Below are positions 9,827-20,325 of a stretch of DNA of 64,000 nucleotides, piece by piece. Where the stretch lies: positions 30,550 through 94,549 of the forward strand of contig JAEOTQ010000177.1 in assembly GCA_016839785.1 (NCBI GenBank), read 5' to 3'. Under the pieces are notes generated by a model. That model did no database searches, had not been told where the DNA came from, and was given only the letters and a program-made list of their open reading frames with translations. The stretch's first letter is position 1. Every line of letters begins with the position of its first letter. This DNA is from Candidatus Hodarchaeota archaeon. GTDB lineage: Archaea; Asgardarchaeota; Heimdallarchaeia; Hodarchaeales; Hodarchaeaceae. Made by a program: the position numbers and the translations under genes.

Positions 9827-10573
9827 TTACCTAGTTGAAACGGCCTGTAAAAATTGTTTCATCAGTTCTTTGGGATTTTCAGATTTCTCTAATACAGAAG
9901 AGACTACGATTAGATCAGATCCTGCTTCTACTAATCCCTCAACCTGTTCTTGCGTCCTGATTCCTCCTCCAGTGATCAACTCAGCATGCTTTCCATGAGC
10001 TAAACTTGATGCACGTTTTACGAGCTCTAGCCTGTTAGCTATAGATGCAGAAAAATTTCCCGAACCTGCTTCGATATAACACATTTCCCAGTAAGGACGC
10101 CATTTCAGAGTTAATTCCTCATATGCTTCCTCATCGGTAAGTGCCTTTGCTCGAAGTTTTTTGCCAACAGAGGATTCAGGACTTAAAACGATATATCCGT
10201 ACTTCCGGTCCTTTGGGAATTGACCAAAGATCAGGCGCCTAGTCCATTTAAACAACCAATGATATTTCTTACCAAGTTTAAGCACGACTTTTATCCTGAA
10301 ACGGTAGCAATTCAATAATGTAGGCATCTGAATGTAATCAGCTAATGAAGAAATTTGGAATGGATGCCCTGGAAAAATTACAACTGGCGGAAGGGTGTGG
10401 TCGAGTTTCTTGAGACGCCGAAGGTATTTATGAACTCCCCTCATAATTTCGTGCGAATCTCCTACCCAAATTTCAAGTGGAAGCTGGGAAGGATCCTCAT
10501 GCTCTTTGAGTATCTCGGTAAGAGCCATGTACATCCGTTCGGTCGCGTCACCCTTATTTGGGTCAATAAGCAC
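9827..10573 (-). CDS. Geranylgeranylglyceryl phosphate synthase (PcrB/GGGPS family)
   Basis: N-terminal LIDPNK, VIFPGHP, YIEAGSG, and C-terminal GGGIRT...GSDLIVV. This is the TIM-barrel prenyl-glycerol-phosphate synthase signature and an archaeal ether-lipid marker. Confidence 0.7.
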   Translation of the reverse strand: MLIDPNKGDATERMYMALTEILKEHEDPSQLPLEIWVGDSHEIMRGVHKYLRRLKKLDHTLPPVVIFPGHPFQISSLADYIQMPTLLNCYRFRIKVVLKLGKKYHWLFKWTRRLIFGQFPKDRKYGYIVLSPESSVGKKLRAKALTDEEAYEELTLKWRPYWEMCYIEAGSGNFSASIANRLELVKRASSLAHGKHAELITGGGIRTQEQVEGLVEAGSDLIVVSSVLEKSENPKELMKQFLQAVSTR

Positions 10574-10678
10574 TGCTAATTTCGCGATTTACTCCACCTT
10601 CTATCTCATCTAAACCAGCTTTTTTTATAACATAAGTTTATCTTTAAACACAAATTCACTTTTCAGTAATTATAACTT

Positions 10679-11347
10679 TTGTTGAATATCATGACTTCTT
10701 CTGAGATTAGACGTGACTTCCATGTTCACACGAACTTCTCTGATGGGTATTCCTCTCCAGAAGAATTAATCAAATTTGGAATTGAGAAAAATATCGAACA
10801 AATATGTTTTACTGATCATTATTCTTTTTTCAAACCAGCAATAACTGATGAGAATTTTAATTTATATTTAGATACGATTCAAAACTTAAAGAAGAAATAT
10901 TCGAAGAAAATCCAGATTTTTATTGGGATTGAAGTAGATACTTCATCGATTGAAGATTTCGATCATCTCGGACACTATCCATGGGATCTAATTTTATTTG
11001 AGTACGTTTTCGGTTTACCAAACTGGTATGAAATTTTTTCTAAAGTAAAGAGATTTACATCTAAATTTCCCAGTAAAAATGTTGGATTTGCTCATACTCG
11101 CTTTTCCCGACTAACACATGCAAAATTTGAGGAAGTAATGAATGTGATACAGCAGTACGGCCTCATCATTGAATTGAACACTGGTTATCAGAATTATCTA
11201 GACCCATGGTTCAATTATATGGATGATCAAAATAAATTTTCTGTTGGATCGGATGCACACTCCTTAGAACAACTTGGTAATATAAATGGGGGTATCAGCT
11301 TTCTCAAAAGAAGGAATATTTCGATTGATCGAATCATTGAATTATAA
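10679..11347 (+). CDS. PHP-domain metal-dependent phosphoesterase
   Basis: DFHVHTNFSDG near the N-terminus, then FTDH and SDAH, consistent with PHP metal-binding His/Asp clusters. Confidence 0.6.
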   Translation: MLNIMTSSEIRRDFHVHTNFSDGYSSPEELIKFGIEKNIEQICFTDHYSFFKPAITDENFNLYLDTIQNLKKKYSKKIQIFIGIEVDTSSIEDFDHLGHYPWDLILFEYVFGLPNWYEIFSKVKRFTSKFPSKNVGFAHTRFSRLTHAKFEEVMNVIQQYGLIIELNTGYQNYLDPWFNYMDDQNKFSVGSDAHSLEQLGNINGGISFLKRRNISIDRIIEL

Positions 11348-11400
11348 ACACATATCACAATTGCCCAGTAGATAGACCATATTCCACATTACGGACGTAG

Positions 11401-12456
11401 ATGAATAGAATGTCCTTACTCTTTGATCTTAACACGATTCTTGAAGATTTTTCTGATATGATGAAACAAACAGTTCGTTATGTTTATGCTCTCTCACTTT
11501 TACCAAGGCCAAAGGTAGCTTTTCATGCTAGCGATGCAGATGGCATAGTTTCAGCTGTCATCTTAAAGAATCTTTCACCTTTCCGAAAATATGTATTTAT
11601 TCCGTTAGGATATCAAGAATTACGGCATCCAGAGTTTGGTTCATTCTTATCTTGTGTTGAATGGAAAGCTATCGCAGATTTAGCTCCATTTCACACCAAA
11701 AGAATCACTCTTTACTGTGATCATCACCAAACATCAAAAGAATTGCCGAAAAACGCCGACCTCGTCCTTTTCCAAGCTGGTGCTCCAAGTGCTTCTTTTC
11801 TACTTGCCCAGCATTTTTACGCTCATTTATCCCCAAAAATTCAATTATTAGCTCAACTTACAGTAATTACGGACACGGCTTCTTATACCACGCCTCCTCC
11901 TACTGAACTTCCCAAAGATCTAGATCAGGCCCCAGAGGAAGAGCTAGCATGGCTTCTTGACGACTTATGTAGAACGGTTGATACCCCTGAAGAGATCTTA
12001 ACTCTAGTTCAGGATCTTTCTTCTCGACAATTGCAAATCAGTGACCAACCTGAATATCAGGAGAGACTGTACAAGTTGTATAGTTTACGAAAGCAAAGCT
12101 TTGAAATAGCGAACAACATACCCAATGCAGATGTAATAATCGTTATTCAAGGAAAGAACAAAGTTTTGACGTCTTCGTTGGTATACAGGCTTTTTGAAAA
12201 GGGTGTAAAACTAACATGTGTTTTATATCCTGGCAAACGATTTACGGGGTTATCATTCCGTGTGAGTTCCGCTATCTCGGATTTACAACTACCTGACTAT
12301 CGTGTTGACACATTAGCTTCAGACTTTTCAGGTGGAGGACACCCTCGGGCAGCAGGTGGACGGTCAGATTCTTTAAAAGAAGCTTTACAGAAGCTGAATG
12401 GCTGGATTGAGAAGAAGAATTTATCTGTCAACGTCTATGATCTACGAAAAGAGTAA
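11401..12456 (+). CDS. DHH/DHHA1-family phosphoesterase (NrnA-like)
   Basis: FHASDADG (motif I), CDHHQ (the DHH motif), and C-terminal GGGHPRAAG (the DHHA1 GGGH motif). Confidence 0.7.
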   Translation: MNRMSLLFDLNTILEDFSDMMKQTVRYVYALSLLPRPKVAFHASDADGIVSAVILKNLSPFRKYVFIPLGYQELRHPEFGSFLSCVEWKAIADLAPFHTKRITLYCDHHQTSKELPKNADLVLFQAGAPSASFLLAQHFYAHLSPKIQLLAQLTVITDTASYTTPPPTELPKDLDQAPEEELAWLLDDLCRTVDTPEEILTLVQDLSSRQLQISDQPEYQERLYKLYSLRKQSFEIANNIPNADVIIVIQGKNKVLTSSLVYRLFEKGVKLTCVLYPGKRFTGLSFRVSSAISDLQLPDYRVDTLASDFSGGGHPRAAGGRSDSLKEALQKLNGWIEKKNLSVNVYDLRKE

Positions 12457-12469
12457 AAACAAGTACTGG

Positions 12470-12838
12470 TTATTTATTTGTGTCTTTATACGGTCCTAGT
12501 TTACCTGAAACCATTTCGATTGGAAATCGTGATTCATTCTCAGAGAGTTTACTCCGAACAGCCGTAGCTATATCAATATTACAAGTATTGACCATACTTA
12601 GAAGATAAATAAGTACATCAGCTAATTCATCTTCCAGCGCCTTTTTCAAAGAAGGATCTTTATGTACGTTTTCCGATGCCTCTTCAGTTGTCACCCACTG
12701 GAATAATTCCATAATTTCAGCTGCTTCAATCGAAATTGACATTGCTAAATTTTTTGGGGTATGATACTTGTTCCAATCTCGTGTGTTAATGAAATCCGCA
12801 ACTAGCTCAGATAATTCTGTGAGGGTTGTTTCTGTCAT
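12470..12838 (-). CDS. MazG-like nucleotide pyrophosphohydrolase (all-alpha NTP-PPase)
   Basis: 122 aa with EAAEIMELFQW and ELADVLIYLL, the typical MazG/dCTPase-like acidic helices. Confidence 0.6.
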   Translation of the reverse strand: MTETTLTELSELVADFINTRDWNKYHTPKNLAMSISIEAAEIMELFQWVTTEEASENVHKDPSLKKALEDELADVLIYLLSMVNTCNIDIATAVRSKLSENESRFPIEMVSGKLGPYKDTNK

Positions 12839-12844
12839 GATTTT

Positions 12845-13795
12845 TTACTCCTTTGTCACTTCAATTCTGTATTGAACCTCAAATTTTTGGATATTAACAT
12901 ATTCTTGACCGTCTTCAGTGAAAGATTGACCACTTGGTCTAACAAACCTAAGCCGAAGTGTGTTCGAACTTTTATCAAACCCGATTTCATCCCATTTGTT
13001 AAGAAAATCCCCATATGCAAGAGATTTTAACGCAGAGGGCGAGCTTCGATCGATTTCGTCAGAGATGAATTCCTCTTCCTTAAATGGTACAAGTTGAGAT
13101 GGTTCCAATGGAATCTTCTTTTTTAGAGTTTCAGATACTCCCTCATAATAATTGAGAGTGGTTTTTATTTCCTCAGGATCGTAAAAAATTACAAAATAAT
13201 TTGGTAAAGGATTGATCCAACTTATAAACAAATCCAACGGAATTCCTGAATACGGTAACCTAAATTTTATAGTTCCATCAAGATTGACAATAAAAGGACT
13301 CCATGCTGACGTTTGAGGGTCATAGCTAATTGTTAACACATCTGAACTCATAGTTGAGCATAGTACTGTTGTAGTATTGGGAAGAGGAGGAGATACAAAT
13401 GATTTTGTACTAAGTGAGTAGAATTTTGTGATTATATCGAGTTCCTCTGTCACAAAGTATAAGCAGAGGATTTCACCCTTATATCCCCACGGAGCATAAT
13501 AGGAACGAATAAAAGAAGAATAATAGATAGGAAGAAAGAAATACTGATCCTCGAACGAATGGACATCTGTAATCTCAACTTCTCCCTCAAATATCGAGAT
13601 CTTCCACACATAATGAGCCATACGAATTTCCTCGACGGAATGAAAAACGAGGGAGAAATCAGAAGTTGGACTTTTAAATTCTAATTTTCCAGGCATAGTT
13701 TCAAAAGGAACGGGAATGGGTTCTCCTAAAGGTATTAGTTTCAACATGATTTTATTCCACAAGAAGTCATTACTAGCTAGAAAAAACTTTATCAA
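12845..13795 (-). CDS. Hypothetical protein
   Basis: 316-aa ORF with good coding periodicity and no recognisable motif. Confidence 0.4.
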   Translation of the reverse strand: MIKFFLASNDFLWNKIMLKLIPLGEPIPVPFETMPGKLEFKSPTSDFSLVFHSVEEIRMAHYVWKISIFEGEVEITDVHSFEDQYFFLPIYYSSFIRSYYAPWGYKGEILCLYFVTEELDIITKFYSLSTKSFVSPPLPNTTTVLCSTMSSDVLTISYDPQTSAWSPFIVNLDGTIKFRLPYSGIPLDLFISWINPLPNYFVIFYDPEEIKTTLNYYEGVSETLKKKIPLEPSQLVPFKEEEFISDEIDRSSPSALKSLAYGDFLNKWDEIGFDKSSNTLRLRFVRPSGQSFTEDGQEYVNIQKFEVQYRIEVTKE

Positions 13796-13834
13796 TTATC
13801 CTGTTGAACTTTTTCTCATTGGATTCGAGGTCGG

Positions 13835-14569
13835 ATGAGTCTCTCAGAAATTCCCTCTCTAAGAAGTAATGAAACTCTTCTACATAATAAAATTAAGTCG
13901 ATTTATGATAAAAATGAAAATGTGAAAACAGAAGTAACACAAAAAGTGAATGGAAAAAATTTTCGTTTTGATTTGTTAGATGACGATAAGACAATTATAT
14001 ACGAAATCCAGAGAGCGAGTTTCGGAGGGCGGTTTTCTCGGAAAATTCAAACCTTATTGGAATCAACCAAATATCGCATTAGAATAATACATCCCATCGT
14101 GCATAAACAAAAAATAACACGATTGAATGGAAATGACCATATTTCGACTTCATATCGGAATTTTTATTCTACTGAATATAATTTTTTTGATCAATTAGTT
14201 TACTTTAAAGTTAAATATCAAGATCGATTAGAATTCGATATTTTGGTGATTTATGAACATCTAATTAAGCAATTTGCTGGATATTATCAAAGAAGTGGAA
14301 GACGAAGATTCCAAACATTAAATCGTGATTTAGTCCGTGTTGATTCTATGAGTAAAATTAGAACTAAGCAAGATTTTTACAATTTCCTTCCAGAAGAATT
14401 ACCTTCTTGCTTCACAAACCAAGACCTACAAAATTCATTAAAGTTTAAGAAACAATCCCCGCGTAGTGGCCGATTGCCAGGGAAGATTACTTATTCAATG
14501 TGCCAATTAGGTCTTCTTGAACGGGTTGGAAAAAAAAGGAATGCGCATGTGTTTACACGACAACATTAG
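13835..14569 (+). CDS. Hypothetical protein (possible nuclease-like fold, weak)
   Basis: 244-aa ORF. The IIYEIQRASFGG segment is reminiscent of E-x-Q nuclease cores. This is speculative. Confidence 0.35.
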   Translation: MSLSEIPSLRSNETLLHNKIKSIYDKNENVKTEVTQKVNGKNFRFDLLDDDKTIIYEIQRASFGGRFSRKIQTLLESTKYRIRIIHPIVHKQKITRLNGNDHISTSYRNFYSTEYNFFDQLVYFKVKYQDRLEFDILVIYEHLIKQFAGYYQRSGRRRFQTLNRDLVRVDSMSKIRTKQDFYNFLPEELPSCFTNQDLQNSLKFKKQSPRSGRLPGKITYSMCQLGLLERVGKKRNAHVFTRQH

Positions 14570-14570
14570 C

Positions 14571-15410
14571 TTAATTTTCAAGATAAACTTTGAAATCCTT
14601 AGTGATTAATAAGCCTTGTACCTTTGATTCAACAATATTATAATTTTTCAAGATTTTGATATAATAGGACAATAAGGATTTGTTATAACCTAACTCTGTA
14701 CAAAGATCCTTTTGAGTTCTTATATTCGGATAATTTATTAGAACAAATAGAATTTCAGAAATACGTTTATTTTGCAGAAGGGAGTATAAAAGTTTTTCAT
14801 TGGTAGAAAATTCTTTTTCTCGTGTAAAATAATGATTCGACTTTCCCAATGAAACCATATCAATCTCCATTTCTTGAGCTAATATCCGCACCCAATATTG
14901 AGTGGAACCCATGGCTAAGCCCGAAGTTCGTGCTAATCCTCGTAGTGAAATACCTGGATTTAGTGTTATAGTAGTTTTAACAAGAGATTTATTATTTCCC
15001 CAATCCTTTTTAAATTTAGAATACTGGAGTAATTTGTATAATTGATAAGACAATAGCCCTACTAAGACACCAGATAATTCAGTTAGAAAATCAAAAGAAT
15101 TCAGAAATGATTCTAACATCATTGTGGATTGATCAGAACTAGCTATTGTCACAATTGCCTCTTGATTACTGTTACCCACATGGGAAAGACCGCCTATATC
15201 TATCAGTGATTGAGTTCCGTATGAAACGCCTAATTTTAAGGAGAAGGCAAGAAAGTTTCTATTAGACTCAGAAGCACTGACATCTACGGAAGGAGTGTCA
15301 ACGATAGTAACGAATGAATAGCATACCATAAAAAATAGTGTAAACATTGACAGATATTGCCATCCATTTTTTCGAGGAATGCTAATCACCTTTAGAAGAC
15401 AATGAGGCAT
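14571..15410 (-). CDS. Membrane-anchored winged-helix transcriptional regulator
   Basis: N-terminal hydrophobic helices (FTLFFMVCYSFVTIV). C-terminal wHTH-like segment ISEILFVLINYPNIRTQKDLCTELGYNKSLLSYYIKILKNYNIVESK. Confidence 0.45.
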   Translation of the reverse strand: MPHCLLKVISIPRKNGWQYLSMFTLFFMVCYSFVTIVDTPSVDVSASESNRNFLAFSLKLGVSYGTQSLIDIGGLSHVGNSNQEAIVTIASSDQSTMMLESFLNSFDFLTELSGVLVGLLSYQLYKLLQYSKFKKDWGNNKSLVKTTITLNPGISLRGLARTSGLAMGSTQYWVRILAQEMEIDMVSLGKSNHYFTREKEFSTNEKLLYSLLQNKRISEILFVLINYPNIRTQKDLCTELGYNKSLLSYYIKILKNYNIVESKVQGLLITKDFKVYLEN

Positions 15411-15565
15411 TCATCCTTTTAATTATTTCTCCAAAGGCAATTATTGGTTCAAAAATCGTACTAGGAATATTTATTCCCGTAACATCGACAGGGAATAAGA
15501 AATACTTTAGAAATTGTACCACAAAGATTATAAAAATTTCAAATTCAATTCTCTCTTGAATCAGG

Positions 15566-16273
15566 TTGATAGAAGTGCAATATTCCTCCTCTGCTCCAAT
15601 AATTGAACTGAAAGCTATTAGTAAACACTTTAAAGTAGGTAAAGAGCGAATAGAATTATTTAAAGACCTAGAATTCAACTGTAACGAAAATGAATTCATT
15701 ATATTTACGGGACCAAGCGGTTGTGGGAAAACAACACTTCTACAAATAATTGCAGGGTTAACACGAGTCGAAAAGGGTATAGTACGTGTATATGATCATA
15801 ATATAATGGAATTTAATGAAGAGTCGCTTGCCTTATTTCGCTCCTCCACAATCGGCCTAGTCTTCCAGATGGGACATTTAATAGAAACACTTACAGTGCT
15901 AGAAAATATCCTACTTCCCGTGGAATTGGCCCAAAGAGAGGAAAAGGATTATGAAAAACGTGCCTGGGAGTTATTAGAGGAATTTTACATGTCTCATCGT
16001 GCTCATTCACTTCCACGTATGATTAGTGGGGGGGAATATCAACGAGTAGCGTTTATTCGTGCGTTAATTCTAGATCCTCACATTTTACTGGTCGATGAAC
16101 CAACAGCCAATCAAGATGAAAGAACTAAGGTAGCAATTTTTCAGAAACTTGCACAGCTTAAAGGTAAAAAAACCATTCTAGTTGTTACGCACTCTCGTGA
16201 CATATTTCCACATGCTGATCGAATTTTTATCCCTGATAATTTGAAACTGTGTGAAAAAAATGGGATCGCTTAA
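15566..16273 (+). CDS. ABC transporter ATP-binding protein (MacB/LolD/FtsE-like)
   Basis: Walker A GPSGCGKTT, signature LSGGEYQRV, Walker B ILLVDEPT, and H-loop VTHS. Confidence 0.9.
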   Translation: MIEVQYSSSAPIIELKAISKHFKVGKERIELFKDLEFNCNENEFIIFTGPSGCGKTTLLQIIAGLTRVEKGIVRVYDHNIMEFNEESLALFRSSTIGLVFQMGHLIETLTVLENILLPVELAQREEKDYEKRAWELLEEFYMSHRAHSLPRMISGGEYQRVAFIRALILDPHILLVDEPTANQDERTKVAIFQKLAQLKGKKTILVVTHSRDIFPHADRIFIPDNLKLCEKNGIA

Positions 16274-18077
16274 TATCGCTTGGAAGGATGTCATCAGGAA
16301 ACCAGAGAGATCCTTTCTCTATATCTTCACTCACTCATTACTAGTCGCTACAGGCATTAATATCTTCCTTATATCTTCTGTCTTACAATTACAAGTTGAT
16401 CAAGCCACACAAATGTTTAATGGGTCAATCATCAATATTATGGATATGTATCTCCTTTTTTTAACAGGTTTTTCTTTTTTGGCCTCAATTATTTCTGCAA
16501 GTGTTCTTGCATCATTACTTGCAGTATCCAGAATGAAGGATTTAGCAGTTTTTCAGTCTCTGGGTGGTACTTTCAAGCAGATCCAACGAATTCCCATTGC
16601 AGAAATTTTCATAATTACTACTATTGGGGGAATCGTAGGGATTATAGAGGGATCTGTTTTGGGAGCGCTGCTCCTTTCTTTTTTGGATTTTTCAATTTTA
16701 CAAATACCTATTTGGGAATTTATACTTTTCTCCTTTTTATTTTTGTTTTTTTCTGCAGTGGGAACTTATTTTGCCGCAGGATTTGTTATTAACGTATTTA
16801 TAAGAAGAAAATTTCGTGAAATCTTAGATAGTCAATATTTTTTAACACCTACACACCCTAAGAGAATTTGGGGAATATCGACTAAGAAAAGAACTGCTTT
16901 TCGACTGGGCCATCTTCTCCAAACAAGGGCTCGATTGGTATCACGTATTATGATACTAGGTATTCTTGTTCTTACATTGATCTCCTCATTCGGAATATTA
17001 GGGGGATCTATTATACAAAGCACCACGGACACCTACGTGAAACGAGGATATGGAGGAGAGGATGTAGTAATTATTACACCTTCTCCTTCATTTTCTGATA
17101 TCATAAAGAGGTGTTATGATCCTCATGAAAAATTAACCTTTAATCCTTCTCCAAATTTTGCGAATGAATTTATCCCAGGAAGTTTCCTTAGTAATCTACC
17201 AAGTGACACAATTTTTGAATCAAGATTACTTGTTTTAGGTACTATTCGCTTGTTGGAAGCTCTTCGAGAAGTAAATGACGTTATATCAGCTGTTAATAGT
17301 ACATTTAATAGTTATATTTGGGGAGTCGATTCATCATTCTCAAGTATTTTCAACTATTATTCAGTCGGTGGTTCATCTGATTATCCAACCGAGGATTTCA
17401 TGTTTATGGCTGATGGATATCACCAGTTCGTTATCCATCAGGGAGTGATGCAGGTAATCCCTAAAACAGCGAATGGGGATGTACTTGAACTTCAAAGATT
17501 TAAGGTCAGTAAAGTCTTGATGGATCCATTTGCCAAGGGATATTGCACATATTTACATATTAACTCATTATCAGAGTTGAGCTGGAATATAACTAATACA
17601 CAGAGAAATGTTGTATTCATCAAAAACCCAAATGAGGATATTCTTAATCTAATCAATATTTCAGGGTTTGATTATTTCTATTTGAATTCTTATGGGAAAA
17701 TTTACCAATCTTTTAGTGCTCAATTCTGGTTAGTCTCAAATATCGTTCTTCTCCCAGTTGTTCTATCTATAGGCTTATCCTTGGTTGCCTTTTCAAGTTT
17801 ATATATCTTAATTCTAGAAAAGGATCTTTACATCATGCGAGTCCTTGGATGTAAGGCCAAAGTAATGAAACGAGTTATAATTTGGATAAACATCTTTGTT
17901 AGTCTTCCAGGCATTTTTTCGGGTCTTTTACTTGGATTTAGCTCCTCTTATTCACTATTAATTCCTCAACCCGTTCTTCCATCCTTTTCTTCTTGGTTTT
18001 TGCTTATTTCATCCTTTCTGTTGATAACGATACTCGTAGAACAATACATCAGGCGATTCGTTAGATCTATGAGATGA
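16251..18077 (+). CDS. ABC transporter permease, FtsX/MacB-like
   Basis: 608 aa with N-terminal and C-terminal TM bundles separated by a large extracytoplasmic domain. Its start overlaps the stop of the ATPase gene. Confidence 0.7.
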   Translation: MKKMGSLNIAWKDVIRKPERSFLYIFTHSLLVATGINIFLISSVLQLQVDQATQMFNGSIINIMDMYLLFLTGFSFLASIISASVLASLLAVSRMKDLAVFQSLGGTFKQIQRIPIAEIFIITTIGGIVGIIEGSVLGALLLSFLDFSILQIPIWEFILFSFLFLFFSAVGTYFAAGFVINVFIRRKFREILDSQYFLTPTHPKRIWGISTKKRTAFRLGHLLQTRARLVSRIMILGILVLTLISSFGILGGSIIQSTTDTYVKRGYGGEDVVIITPSPSFSDIIKRCYDPHEKLTFNPSPNFANEFIPGSFLSNLPSDTIFESRLLVLGTIRLLEALREVNDVISAVNSTFNSYIWGVDSSFSSIFNYYSVGGSSDYPTEDFMFMADGYHQFVIHQGVMQVIPKTANGDVLELQRFKVSKVLMDPFAKGYCTYLHINSLSELSWNITNTQRNVVFIKNPNEDILNLINISGFDYFYLNSYGKIYQSFSAQFWLVSNIVLLPVVLSIGLSLVAFSSLYILILEKDLYIMRVLGCKAKVMKRVIIWINIFVSLPGIFSGLLLGFSSSYSLLIPQPVLPSFSSWFLLISSFLLITILVEQYIRRFVRSMR

Positions 18078-18137
18078 GACTCCTTAGCTTAATCGAATGA
18101 TTATACAATATAAGCTATAGTTCAAAAATCCCTAAAT

Positions 18138-18746
18138 ATGAGAAATAATGATCAATTTGAGTATATTAAGAAGTATAGACCAACAAAATCAGTTTTAAAA
18201 GAGAATATTTCGACTGGAGAAGAACTACTTCTCGAAAAACTTGTTCCAGAAATAAGATCTGTTTCAAAGGAAATTAGATCCTACCAATGGGTTTTACGTA
18301 AATGGTGGAGGAAAATGTTTGGAAATAATAAAGGCCTTATCTTTTTATTCGAGGAAAGCACGGGAACGGGCAAAACTCTCTCAGCCAGTATTTTAAATGA
18401 GGAATTAAAAATTGATCTTTATCGAATTGATTTAGCATCAATCACAAATAAATATATTGGAGAAACGGAAAAAAATTTAAACCAATTTCTTGCAAAAGCT
18501 GAATCTGAAGATGTGGTTCTATTTTTTGATGAGGCTGACTCATTATTTGGAAAAAGGACGGACATAACTGATGCACATGATAGAATTAGTAATCAAAAGA
18601 CAAATTTTCTATTAGAACAGATAAAAAGGTATAAAGGAGTCGTTATTCTGGCAACAAATTCCAAACACCGATTAGATACCGCTTTTTCTCGTCGTATTCG
18701 TCGTGTCATAAATTTTTCAATATTGAAAGATGATGAAGAAGAATAG
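18138..18746 (+). CDS. Stand-alone AAA-family ATPase domain protein
   Basis: Walker A ESTGTGKTL, Walker B VLFFDEADSLFGKR, sensor-1 ATN, and Arg-finger region SRRIRR. Confidence 0.6.
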   Translation: MRNNDQFEYIKKYRPTKSVLKENISTGEELLLEKLVPEIRSVSKEIRSYQWVLRKWWRKMFGNNKGLIFLFEESTGTGKTLSASILNEELKIDLYRIDLASITNKYIGETEKNLNQFLAKAESEDVVLFFDEADSLFGKRTDITDAHDRISNQKTNFLLEQIKRYKGVVILATNSKHRLDTAFSRRIRRVINFSILKDDEEE

Positions 18747-18807
18747 AATTAAAAACTGGGTTAGTAATACTTTCCACTTAAACTAAAGAGATTTCAGTGA
18801 CGATCGA

Positions 18808-20130
18808 ATGAATATCGTGGATTTAATCAGACAATGGACATCAAATTCAAAAGATCTCAATCTCAACAAGATTTACACAGAATATGGCATTGCTTCTCAT
18901 CATTATCTCACAGAAATCATTCGGTATTGGAATCACCTTCACTTCATTGTCAAAAAAACACTTAGATCTTTACCGAAAGACAGTATGAGGGATAAAATAA
19001 ACATAGAGACTTGTCTTTACCTGTCCTATCGGTATTTTTGGGAGGCAGCACAATTTTCGGATGTTCTCAAAGAACTCACCATCGATGAAACGCTTCCAGA
19101 GAGAAGTTATTTGCAGACTTTCTATGATAAGCTATCTTCATTCAAGTGGGAAATAGCTCTTCAGAATAAATCGACAACTGAAAAACTAAGTATCAAATAT
19201 GCTATCCCTTCCTTTATAATTAACACTTTATTACCTATCATGGATTATACGAATATTACGAAGAATATCAAGGCTATGGATGAAGGAGCGAGAAATGGAA
19301 TTTTCTATCTTCGAGTTCAAAATTCTAATGACTCCATCACTCCCTTCACATACGATTTTTCATCCATAATTGAGGAATTCGCTAGAATTGGTGTGAAAAC
19401 AAAACCTGACAACGATTTCCCATCTATTCTACAGGTTAGTGTTAAGGATAAGGTAAAAATTCTTAAGAGTAAATATTATAAAGAAAAAAAGGTCGTTTTT
19501 CAGGATAAAGCATCGTGTGCGGCAGTCTTATTACTCGATCCTCAACCTGACGATAAGATTTGCGATTTATGTGCTGCACCTGGAATAAAGACGAGTTTAA
19601 TCGCTCATCAAACAAATAATAAAGCATTTATTGTAGCTGGGGATTTTCACCACACTCGAGCTTCTGAAATGGTTTCAGTTCTCAAGTCGTATAGGGTATC
19701 GAACGTACATTCACTACAGTGGGATGGAATACAGCCTCCACTTCAAGATAATTCATTTGATAAGATTCTCCTTGACGCACCTTGTACTGGTAGTGGAACC
19801 TTTACTTCTAATCCAGTCCTAAAATGGAGACAAAACACCCGATTTTTAAGAAGACATATTTTTCTTCAAGAAAAACTCTTGAAAAGTGCTCTCACTCTTC
19901 TAAAAAAAGGAGGAACCCTTGTTTATTCAACATGTAGTCTGTATCCCGAAGAAGGCGAGTATCAAATAGCGAAGATTTCAAACGATCAGATTGAGTTTGT
20001 AAAGGTACCCTCTTGGTTACCTCCTACCTATACAGTTAATGGTTCGGGAATAAATGGAAGTGGCAGATTTAATCCCGCAGATCATCAAACCATTGGATTT
20101 TTCGTCTCCAAAATGATAAAAAAACAATAA
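18808..20130 (+). CDS. NOL1/NOP2/Sun-family RNA cytosine-C5 methyltransferase
   Basis: DLCAAPGIKTS (SAM-binding motif I), DAPCTGSGT (catalytic motif IV with the Pro-Cys pair), and TCSL (the motif VI Cys). Confidence 0.8.
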   Translation: MNIVDLIRQWTSNSKDLNLNKIYTEYGIASHHYLTEIIRYWNHLHFIVKKTLRSLPKDSMRDKINIETCLYLSYRYFWEAAQFSDVLKELTIDETLPERSYLQTFYDKLSSFKWEIALQNKSTTEKLSIKYAIPSFIINTLLPIMDYTNITKNIKAMDEGARNGIFYLRVQNSNDSITPFTYDFSSIIEEFARIGVKTKPDNDFPSILQVSVKDKVKILKSKYYKEKKVVFQDKASCAAVLLLDPQPDDKICDLCAAPGIKTSLIAHQTNNKAFIVAGDFHHTRASEMVSVLKSYRVSNVHSLQWDGIQPPLQDNSFDKILLDAPCTGSGTFTSNPVLKWRQNTRFLRRHIFLQEKLLKSALTLLKKGGTLVYSTCSLYPEEGEYQIAKISNDQIEFVKVPSWLPPTYTVNGSGINGSGRFNPADHQTIGFFVSKMIKKQ

Positions 20131-20325
20131 GCTAAAAATTTAAAACCAATTTCAACGAATTAATTCGAAGATTACATCTTAGTCCTTGGATATATGTTCT
20201 TATCCTAAACCCCACCAAATTTGATATTGTATCAATTTTCAAAAAGGAATTCCCATCAGAATAAACAAGAAATTTCTGTTGACTAAAAAAAAAAGGAGAA
20301 ATGGGGAGAGTCGCGTGAAAAAGCT

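Noticed and set aside
15382-15699. 105-aa ORF on the minus strand
   Set aside because: It overlaps the 5' end of the ABC ATPase gene and the end of the wHTH gene. It has low-complexity composition and no motif, so it is probably spurious.
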